Below, piece after piece: positions 57,801 to 64,000 of a stretch of 64,000 bases of DNA. The DNA comes from Clostridiaceae bacterium (GTDB lineage Bacteria > Bacillota > Clostridia > Saccharofermentanales > DTU023). Positions within the stretch are counted from its first letter, which is position 1; every line of letters starts with the position of its first letter. The notes beneath the pieces are model-generated. The model ran no database searches and was not told the origin of the DNA. It saw nothing but the letters and a program-made list of their open reading frames with translations. The position numbers and the translations under genes are program-made. The stretch covers positions 228-64,227 of the forward strand of contig JAAYNE010000149.1 in assembly GCA_012521015.1 (NCBI GenBank), given 5' to 3'.

Positions 57801-60800
57801 TACATTATCGAAGAAGTCGAAACCCCAGAAGGTTTTGTCATACTCGAACGACCGAAAAAATTCACGATTGGCGAAGATTATGTAACCCATACTGATCAGG
57901 ACTTAGATGAAATAATCGAAGTAGTGATTGAAAACGAACCACAATACGGAGAATTGACCTTACATAAGCAAGGTGAATTATTTAAAGAGTGGGTACAAAG
58001 AAGTGTTATCCTACCTGTCCAAGCCCAAGGTAAGACAATCGGTGAAGAGGTAGAAGTACCCAGAGCAAATGAAACCTTAACCTTGACCAGGGCTTATAAG
58101 AAAACGATAGAACCGGTTGAAAAATCTATTAGCGAAGAACCTGTTGTGGAAGAACCGGCTACGGAAGAAGAGCTTGTTTTGGAAGAACTAGCCACAGAAG
58201 AACCTGTTGTAAGAAATGAAACAACTGAATCTGTTGAACAATCAGAAGCTGGATCCGGACAGGAAACAACTCCGGAATCAGATACTGAAATAATTGAATC
58301 AGAACCGGAAAAAACTACTGAAACTACGACAGAGGAAACAGGCGAAGTTTCCTTACCTGCCGGTGGCGGTTTGGATGATGGTATAGTTACCGAAGTGACT
58401 GAAATAACAACTGATGAAAACGGACATTTCTCAGAAATTGTTGAAGCAGGTACATATACAGTAACCGATAAAGACGGTAATGTTGTAGCAGAGCTTGTGG
58501 TACCGAAAGGAGAAACAGCGACTTTAGAATTCACACTGACCGAAACAAAAATGGAAGGTGTATATCAGGAAGGTGAAGTTACTGACCAGGTCTTTACCTA
58601 TAATCAGGCTGTGTACGAGCAAGGATATTTAGCCGGAGCAGAATTTGAGCTGAAAGCAGCAGAAGATATTAAATCCTATGACGGGCAGACAATTTTCTAT
58701 AAAAAAGATGATAAATTGTTATTCGCACAAAAGGATATAACGAATGGCTTAGGCGAAATCCTTTATAAGAAAGGTGAAGTTATCACCTTACCGAAACTTG
58801 CTCCTCAACAAATGGCAGACGAGACTTTGGTTGACAGTAAAGTTGTAACCGAAGCAGATAAAGCTATTGTTTTATCAAGGATTCCTTTAGGTAAATATAC
58901 TTTAACCGAGATTAAAGCTCCTAAAGGCTATATCCTGGATGGGGCAGTTAGAAGCTTTGAGTTCACACCCCAGGAGAAAACAGTCTTAGTAGACTTAAAA
59001 GAAACACCGCTGATCGAGAATGTACGTCAAAAGCTCGATGTTTCTTTGCAGAAAACATTTCTCTCCACACCCTACTTTGAAGAAACCGGTTTTGAGAATA
59101 TCGTAATTGGTATGTATACGGCAGAAGAAATCTTAGGTCTGGCTAAAGATAGTTTGGTAGCAGTGATGGCTCCGGATCAAGACGGAAAAATGACAGCGAA
59201 AGATATCCCGCAAGGCAATTACTACTTCAAAGAAATCTCAACCAAAGACGGTTACATTTTAGATGAAACTGAATACAGTATCACGGTTGAAGCAGATGAA
59301 AATGCCACAGATGATAAAATCACAGTCTTAGAAGAACCGATTGTTAACCAGCCGGCAACCAAAAATATTAAAGTTGTTAAGGTAGATAAGTTTACACAGA
59401 AACCACTGGTCGGAGTAGAGTTTAACTTATTTAAATTGATGCCTGACGGTTCAAAACTACCAATCATTAACCTCTTAACCGGTGATTATATTTTCGTCAC
59501 AGATGAAAACGGAGAAATTCTGATCAAAGGTTTACCGCATGGCACATACTCTTTAGAAGAGATAAAGGCACGTGACGGTTATATTAGAGAAGGCGAAAGC
59601 AAAGCGATTTCCGTTGCAGAAGATAGCAAATTGGAAATCAAAATAGAGAACGAGCCGACCCAAGTATCTTTCAATAAGATAGACAGTAAAACAGGTGAAC
59701 CTGTTATCGGAGCGACTTTAAGGCTTGTTGACCAGGACGGCAATCCGCTTTATTTAGACGAGTATGGCTATATTACGACCGAAGACAAAGGAACTCTTGC
59801 CGAATGGCTGATAGACGGTACACCGTTTATCGTCAAAGGTTTATCTATAGATACTCTTTACACTGTAATCGAAGTGAAAGCACCGGCAGGCTATCACAAG
59901 GCGGAACCGGTAAGCTTCAGAGTAGTAGAGCAAAAAGACTTGCAATTAACCGAGATCGTAAATGCTCCGTATGAACCTGAGATTAAAACCAAAGCCTTCA
60001 ACAGCGATACAAAGGGCAAAGAAGTTCATGCGATCAGCAAAGCGAAGGTTTGTGATGTATTAACTTATGTTGACTTAATCGAAGGCAGAGAACACAAAGT
60101 AGTGGCGAAGCTTGTCTTAAAGAATGATCCCGCAGTTGTGGTAGCGGAAGCTGAATTAGTCTTTACACCGGAAGTAAAAGACGGAGAAGTTACTGTATGC
60201 TTTGGCGAAATCGATTTAACGAAATTAGCCGGTGAACAGCTGGTAGTATTTGAAAAAGTATTTGATTTGACAACCGGACTTGAAGTAGCAAGCCACGAAG
60301 ATATTAATGACGAAGATCAGACCGTAACTGTCAAAGAGCCTGAGATTAAGACATCAGCCAAATCATACGGCAAAAACACGGTCGTAGAAAGTAAACAAAT
60401 AACTATCATTGATACGGTAAAATTCACGGGCTTAATCGTTGGTGAAGAATACACGGTCAAAGGTTGGTTGATGGATAAATCTACAGGTGAAGCTCTTCTA
60501 ATCAACGGTAAAAAAGTTACGGCTGAAACAACGTTTGTTGCTGAAACGTCGGATGGCACTGTCAAAGTAACATATAACTTTGACGGAACAGGCTTAGGTG
60601 GGAAAGACTTAGTTGTGTTTGAAGAACTTTACTATAAAGGTGAACTGATTGCTGAACATAAAGATATCAATGACAAAGAACAAACCATAACGCTTGAAAA
60701 ACCTATAGCCCCTGCTATACCAACTAAACCGGTAACCAATGATGACAGCATTAACTCTGTAGTTTATTTGGTAAGCGGTGGCATAACTCTGTTACTTGCG

Positions 60801-60839
60801 GTGACATTTATGTTTTTAATAAAAAAGAAAAAAGAATAA
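54807..60839 (+). CDS. Giant cell-wall-associated adhesin with Cna-B/SpaA-type repeat domains, an acidic spacer and VaFE-type repeats
   Basis: 2010 aa. It begins with a signal peptide and a unique N-terminal domain. There are more than 10 repeats of the pattern GAEFxV...DxxGxxxxxxLxxGTYxxxExxAPxGY. An E/T/P-rich spacer spans about aa 1095-1185. Two ~120-aa repeats contain LVVFE and H(E/K)DINDxxQT (59979-60341, 60342-60700). The C-terminus has a hydrophobic helix plus a KKKKE tail. Confidence 0.85.
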   Translation: MTNTKAKKESRLLILILVLIMAFSMIPVISSSKVKAAPPAISTGHSKGSYTLTTSGDQRSILQMNLTDEAMSDLRQIYGANATFLTNGGIYQPQTYDIYMDGKIAFCANPTVLAGTTYTDKVTISATEINNRNYQQFFGTYANQRYPVHYLKEKIVNYYGNEQTLIDHAAIAFLSGIIQQPSVSNTITQELIDSWKTERPGEDLADVITVAELKAITNAFFFSWYYSFDAEITRATGGSVTTFASSDVINSFLNFYNFVYSKIADGTIKLLNPKVNIYYTPDTPSTVPVGSNVQVVHAISGSLKIEERGSIKLLKTSTDTTITSGNNCYDLTGTEFTVYEDEALTKVTGKLTVKADGTSNVLEDLKAGTYYAKETKTGKGYFFDPKTYTIKAEPNETAELIVANRPMDNPVSVLLRKEDINNKVPLALAEFTVKFYGGNYTDNVDPATLGAIPTRTWVLRTDGNGVVNFRRGQENFTFNGQSYHYKVSGDDFYLDPTGTPTLPLGTVTIQETKAPKDYIINSEVFVRKIKQAMNDTELLDRVETFNSPTIPNVPIPGKLQVVKASANKDMTDNNSKYSFTGIEYGLFKTKADAKARDNKIGTFTLKADGTSNIIDNLTPATYYVIETQTGGGYVLDDTVHTVNVLGKHLVTVNVMNTVDIAQSAPVDVLIQKVDSETGQAIPQGDASLAGAEFRVNYYKDEHTLGTVPTVEPDATWIITTDATGKASMASARGSNLFKNSKGETVIPLGYVTIQEITAPEGYLINNKLISYKVDSAGTRETINVLQNLTAEQIKFDEEIIKAPFSLRKVMTAGEQSEVVDVEVDTVFVAIANKHVLKYGSFEEALKHTTEYAPSEWDRLVTDQNGNATSKPLAYGLYQIAQTEGQDETSLLKRPFTFEVKSTNQEIVEYTVNNVPARYPVRIVKKDAVTGENVILNSASFKIKDKTTSEYIKQKVGSKWYDTFMTTAEKQGDILPGTFYVPTEDDGTTVTPLKVKPGTYIIEEVETPEGFVILERPKKFTIGEDYVTHTDQDLDEIIEVVIENEPQYGELTLHKQGELFKEWVQRSVILPVQAQGKTIGEEVEVPRANETLTLTRAYKKTIEPVEKSISEEPVVEEPATEEELVLEELATEEPVVRNETTESVEQSEAGSGQETTPESDTEIIESEPEKTTETTTEETGEVSLPAGGGLDDGIVTEVTEITTDENGHFSEIVEAGTYTVTDKDGNVVAELVVPKGETATLEFTLTETKMEGVYQEGEVTDQVFTYNQAVYEQGYLAGAEFELKAAEDIKSYDGQTIFYKKDDKLLFAQKDITNGLGEILYKKGEVITLPKLAPQQMADETLVDSKVVTEADKAIVLSRIPLGKYTLTEIKAPKGYILDGAVRSFEFTPQEKTVLVDLKETPLIENVRQKLDVSLQKTFLSTPYFEETGFENIVIGMYTAEEILGLAKDSLVAVMAPDQDGKMTAKDIPQGNYYFKEISTKDGYILDETEYSITVEADENATDDKITVLEEPIVNQPATKNIKVVKVDKFTQKPLVGVEFNLFKLMPDGSKLPIINLLTGDYIFVTDENGEILIKGLPHGTYSLEEIKARDGYIREGESKAISVAEDSKLEIKIENEPTQVSFNKIDSKTGEPVIGATLRLVDQDGNPLYLDEYGYITTEDKGTLAEWLIDGTPFIVKGLSIDTLYTVIEVKAPAGYHKAEPVSFRVVEQKDLQLTEIVNAPYEPEIKTKAFNSDTKGKEVHAISKAKVCDVLTYVDLIEGREHKVVAKLVLKNDPAVVVAEAELVFTPEVKDGEVTVCFGEIDLTKLAGEQLVVFEKVFDLTTGLEVASHEDINDEDQTVTVKEPEIKTSAKSYGKNTVVESKQITIIDTVKFTGLIVGEEYTVKGWLMDKSTGEALLINGKKVTAETTFVAETSDGTVKVTYNFDGTGLGGKDLVVFEELYYKGELIAEHKDINDKEQTITLEKPIAPAIPTKPVTNDDSINSVVYLVSGGITLLLAVTFMFLIKKKKE

Positions 60840-60884
60840 TAAATTCTAACAGGTTACATGATTAGAATTTAAAGCCTCCGGATT

Positions 60885-60915
60885 CGAGGGAGATTTATTA
60901 ATTAGATCTCCCTCG
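60885..60915 (+). terminator. Hairpin downstream of the adhesin gene (no clear U-tract)
   Basis: Perfect 10-bp stem cgagggagat/atctccctcg with an 11-nt loop. Confidence 0.4.
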
Positions 60916-61031
60916 TAATCTATGTATGATCCGTCATTTAATCTGATCTCATTCGTTAAACGATTCTAACAAAACATAATGAATCATACTGAAAAAATCC
61001 TCGAATAAAGTAGTGGTACGATATAGGAAAG

Positions 61032-61850
61032 ATGGAAAATACAAAAAAGAAAATATTTGGACTTATAATTCTACTATTCTTGTTTGTTATTAGCGGAATT
61101 TTGTTTCTCAAATATTTTGCTTCACAAAAGCAAATAACCAAAAGAGTAAAAGATATTCAAGAAAACATAGTAATAGTAGAGTCACTAATTGCAACAGAAA
61201 CAACTGAGGCAGAACAAGTGGTCACTCCAAATTATTCTTATATACCGAGCAAGATAAAGACACAAGAGAGAAAACCAAATTTTTTAGAGCAGTCAAAGCT
61301 ACTTTTAGATCAATTGAATGAACGATATGAAACAGATAAGATCATTGCATTTCTTGATACAGGAGAAGGTGGTATCAGGGAAATAGTAGCTTTTGATCCG
61401 GATAGCGATTATTACGACAGACGAGATATCAAAGGTAATTATGATCATAGCGGAACAGTTTTTCTTTATAAAGAAAATGAAAATGTGTTGGATGACTATA
61501 CGAACTATTTCGGTCATTCTATGCAAGACGGAACCAGGCTTAAAAAGCTTGTAGATTACGAGAATAATAAAGAGTTTATCGAGTCGGCAAGGCTCTATAC
61601 TTACGAAGGGATATTTATCTATCAGCTTGTTCAGATAGTAGAAGTTGAAAGTAATTGGTACGACAAATATAAAACTTGGGAGCAAGCTGACTTTATAGAG
61701 TTTTATGAAAGTTCAGCTATCGAGGGTAACTTAGTAATGCGAAAGGAATCTTATGATCCATATAGTAGATATATGACACTTAACACTTGTCAGGATTATC
61801 TGGGAAAAGTAAAGACTGTTGCCATATATAAATTGATAGAGATTCTATAG
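61032..61850 (+). CDS. Sortase (class B-like)
   Basis: 272 aa. It has an N-terminal TM anchor, the His context FGHSMQDG and the catalytic-Cys motif TLNTC. It lies adjacent to the adhesin. Confidence 0.75.
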   Translation: MENTKKKIFGLIILLFLFVISGILFLKYFASQKQITKRVKDIQENIVIVESLIATETTEAEQVVTPNYSYIPSKIKTQERKPNFLEQSKLLLDQLNERYETDKIIAFLDTGEGGIREIVAFDPDSDYYDRRDIKGNYDHSGTVFLYKENENVLDDYTNYFGHSMQDGTRLKKLVDYENNKEFIESARLYTYEGIFIYQLVQIVEVESNWYDKYKTWEQADFIEFYESSAIEGNLVMRKESYDPYSRYMTLNTCQDYLGKVKTVAIYKLIEIL

Positions 61851-61937
61851 ACATTCAGTTAGCAATATCAAGAGGAATTTTGAGAAAGATTAGAAAGACT
61901 AGTTGCAAAATGATATGAAATATAATTTCAATTCATT

Positions 61938-62302
61938 TTGCAATTAAAGACGATAACCATGGAACTGCATAAAATGAAAAAATATATTGTAAATGAATTA
62001 GAAAATAATTATAATATAATTATAAAGTTTGAATGGGATGTAAATAAGAATTATTCCAATGTTCGAAAACATGAAATTAGTTTTGAAGAAGCTAAAACTG
62101 TATTTTTAGATGATTATGCGATTGTTTTTGATGATCCGGAACATTCTGTTGAAGAAGAACGTTTTTAATTTTAGGTTTATCTTTAATAAAAAACATTCTG
62201 ATTGTAAGTCATTGTTACAAAAAAGAAGAGGAAATTATTCGAATTATTTCAGTAAGAAAAGCTACAAAAAAAGAAATTGTATTTTATTATAACCGGCGGT
62301 GA
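61938..62302 (+). pseudogene. brnT: BrnT-family (DUF497) ribonuclease toxin gene with a 1-nt frameshift
   Basis: FEWDVNKNYSNVRKHEISFEEAKTVFLDDYAIVFDDPEHSVEEERF stops at 62166-62168. The conserved continuation, LILGLSLIKNILIVSHCYKKEEEIIRIISVRKATKKE, is in the +2 frame. Restoring one T to the T5 run 62162-62166 would join them. Confidence 0.7.
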
Positions 62303-62306
62303 AAAT

Positions 62307-62522
62307 ATGAAAAAAGAATACGACATCGAAAAGTTAAATCCACGCATAAATCCATATGCTCAGAAGATGAAACAACAAATAACAATTAATTTGAATTGTG
62401 AAACAATTGATTATTTCAAAACACTTTCTCAAGAATTCGGCATAGGGTATCAAACTTTGATTAATCTCTATTTAGCTGACTGTGTAAAAGAAAAACGGCA
62501 AATAAAAATTAATTGGTCTTGA
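62307..62522 (+). CDS. brnA: BrnA-family antitoxin
   Basis: 71 aa from ATG 62307: MKKEYDIEKLNPRINPYAQ...YQTLINLYLADCV, a typical BrnA/CopG-like pattern. It sits directly downstream of brnT. Confidence 0.8.
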   Translation: MKKEYDIEKLNPRINPYAQKMKQQITINLNCETIDYFKTLSQEFGIGYQTLINLYLADCVKEKRQIKINWS

Positions 62523-62630
62523 TTTTTTGATATGTTAATATACAACCTGGAAAACAGCTCATTTTTTGAAGCTCAGCAAATCGAAATTTGCGCAAAAACC
62601 AGCATCAATAAGTTAAAATTAAGGACGAAA

Positions 62631-63128
62631 ATGCAAGAAAAATTTTATCAGACAAATTCGGTTGAAGAAACATATCTTTTTGGCGAAGCACTCGGCAGAT
62701 GTTTGGTTGCCGGAGATGTTTTGGCTTTAGCCGGAGAATTAGGGGCAGGCAAGACTACGATAACTCATGGAATTGCACAAGGTTTGGGTATCACTTCACC
62801 GATTTCAAGCCCGACCTTTACCTTACTTTTTGAACATCCGGCAGGTACTGAGAACTTACCGCTATTTCATTTTGATGCATATCGACTTACAGATGAAACG
62901 GAATGGTATGATGCAGGTTTTATGGAGTATTTTGACAATCAGGGAGTTGTAATAATTGAATGGGCAGATAAAATAAAGAATGTCCTGCCACAAACTGCAA
63001 AGTGGTTGCATATTACAACAAATCTTGCACAACCGGAACAAAGAGTTTTTAGATTAAGTATTGAATATGATTCGGATTTTAATTGGGAAAATTTGACTGC
63101 TTGGGAATTATGCAAGAATCTTTTATGA
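62631..63128 (+). CDS. tsaE: tRNA t6A37 biosynthesis ATPase TsaE
   Basis: It has the P-loop GELGAGKTT, SPTFTL and HFDAYRL. ATG 62631 follows an AAGGA SD. The ORF-track start at 62532 adds 33 atypical residues. Confidence 0.85.
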   Translation: MQEKFYQTNSVEETYLFGEALGRCLVAGDVLALAGELGAGKTTITHGIAQGLGITSPISSPTFTLLFEHPAGTENLPLFHFDAYRLTDETEWYDAGFMEYFDNQGVVIIEWADKIKNVLPQTAKWLHITTNLAQPEQRVFRLSIEYDSDFNWENLTAWELCKNLL

Positions 63129-63264
63129 AAAATAAGAGTGGAGAAGATAATTGAAAGACGTTGCTTGGCAAATTATGCAAAAACTGATATTTAGATAGAT
63201 AGTGGAAAATACAATCGGGAACAACTCAAGAACAGATTATCAAAAATTGAAATGAGGCAGATAA

Positions 63265-64000
63265 TTGAAAGATACGATAAAGTACATTTTAGCAATTGAT
63301 TCATCAGGTTCAAGCCTTTCAGTTGCACTATTAGAAAATCACTTAATTCGGACTGAAAAATTTCTTAATATATCAAATCAACATTCGGTAAATCTGTTGC
63401 CTGCTCTGGATAGCATGATGCAGGAAGTTGAAAAATCTTATGATGAATTATCGGCTGTGGCGGTAACTGTCGGACCCGGTTCTTTTACAGGTATCAGAAT
63501 AGGTGTATCTACTGCAAATACGATGGCATACGGTTTGAACATTCCTGTGGTAGGGATTTCGGCTCTCGAAGCTTTAGCTTTTCCTTATAGAAATCAAATG
63601 AATATTATCTTACCGGTTTTTGATGCTCGTGGCGGGAGACTTTATGGTGCATTTTTCCAACAAGGACAAAGGATTACTGCCGATCAGCAATTTATTGATC
63701 AAGATTTGCCGGAATTAGTGAGAGAGCGATTCTTGAATAATAATTCCGAAGAACAATCTGTAACGATTCTGGGTGACGGATTCATGATGGCACAAACTTT
63801 GTTGGCAGAGCTTGACCTTAGGCTAACACCACGCGAATCGGTTTTAACTAAACAGGATTATATTTCGGCTTCCTCAATCGGTTATTTGGCATGGGAAACA
63901 TTAGAGCAAAAATCTAAGTTATATGAAAAAGGTTATGTAGAACCGGTCAAACCGAATTATTGCGTGATGACTCAAGCAGAACGCAATTTAACTAAAAAGA
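63265..64000 (+). CDS. tsaB: tRNA t6A37 biosynthesis protein TsaB (3' end outside the window)
   Basis: TTG 63265 follows a GAGG SD. It shows ILAIDSSGSSLSVALL and GPGSFTGIRIGVSTA. The frame is open to the window edge. Confidence 0.85.
   Translation, partial: MKDTIKYILAIDSSGSSLSVALLENHLIRTEKFLNISNQHSVNLLPALDSMMQEVEKSYDELSAVAVTVGPGSFTGIRIGVSTANTMAYGLNIPVVGISALEALAFPYRNQMNIILPVFDARGGRLYGAFFQQGQRITADQQFIDQDLPELVRERFLNNNSEEQSVTILGDGFMMAQTLLAELDLRLTPRESVLTKQDYISASSIGYLAWETLEQKSKLYEKGYVEPVKPNYCVMTQAERNLTKK

Noticed and set aside
63146-63272. 14-bp direct repeat agataattgaaaga (63146 and 63259) duplicating the tsaB SD/start region
   Set aside because: It is a small local duplication in the tsaE-tsaB spacer. 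The first copy opens only a 15-codon frame, and no functional signal beyond that could be supported.
1-64000. Genome-wide stop-codon reassignment (prompted by in-frame TAA at 1775 and 46201)
   Set aside because: Conserved genes (rplA, rplL, serS, mnmA, trkA, tsaE and others) terminate at TAA/TGA/TAG at their expected lengths. No conserved gene requires read-through of a stop. The two cases are local events.

Overview
The window looks like a low-GC Gram-positive (Bacillota-like) chromosome segment. Supporting signs are sortase and lipobox genes, a YhaM-type exonuclease, an L10-leader-like attenuator and strong GGAGG Shine-Dalgarno (SD) sites. It splits into three parts.

(1) 1-27011 is a housekeeping backbone. 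It holds rplK(partial)-rplA-rplJ-rplL, serS, an OmpR/histidine-kinase pair, an alpha/beta hydrolase, a P-type ATPase and an ABC exporter pair. It also holds trkAH, ispE, a contiguous run of tRNA-maturation genes (mnmA, cca, tcdA, yhaM), two oxidoreductases and tRNA-Arg(CCU).

(2) About 27012-52170 is a mosaic accessory island starting right after the tRNA, with visibly different codon usage. Its parts are:
- a DeoR-controlled sugar locus (split transketolase, FGGY kinase, ABC importer, nucleoside-hydrolase-fold protein, FucI-family isomerase);
- degraded IS66 and IS256 fragments;
- two tandem zinc-ribbon/TM/BspA-type LRR surface-protein paralogs, plus an inverted orphan 3' cassette;
- paralogous lipoproteins, a flavodoxin and a restriction-enzyme remnant;
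- a conspicuously GC-rich 1361-aa membrane-anchored S8 protease.

(3) 52172-64000 returns to backbone-like codon usage. It holds a THUMP methyltransferase, a 2010-aa Cna-B/SpaA-repeat adhesin with an adjacent sortase, a brnT/brnA toxin-antitoxin pair (brnT frameshifted), tsaE and a partial tsaB.

No CRISPR array, rRNA, intact transposase, integrase or recognisable defence system was seen.

The most unusual observations are:
- an in-frame TAA separating rplJ from a 132-codon start-less coding-like extension;
- a 92-bp hairpin-forming tandem repeat array downstream of serS;
- a 185-nt long hairpin element between trkH and ispE;
- the unassigned transketolase-dependent sugar locus;
- the inverted repeat and orphan cassette around the LRR genes;
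- the horizontally acquired-looking S8 protease, which shares an N-terminal zinc-ribbon anchor with the LRR proteins.

All functional calls rest on motif recognition by eye. No database searches were run.
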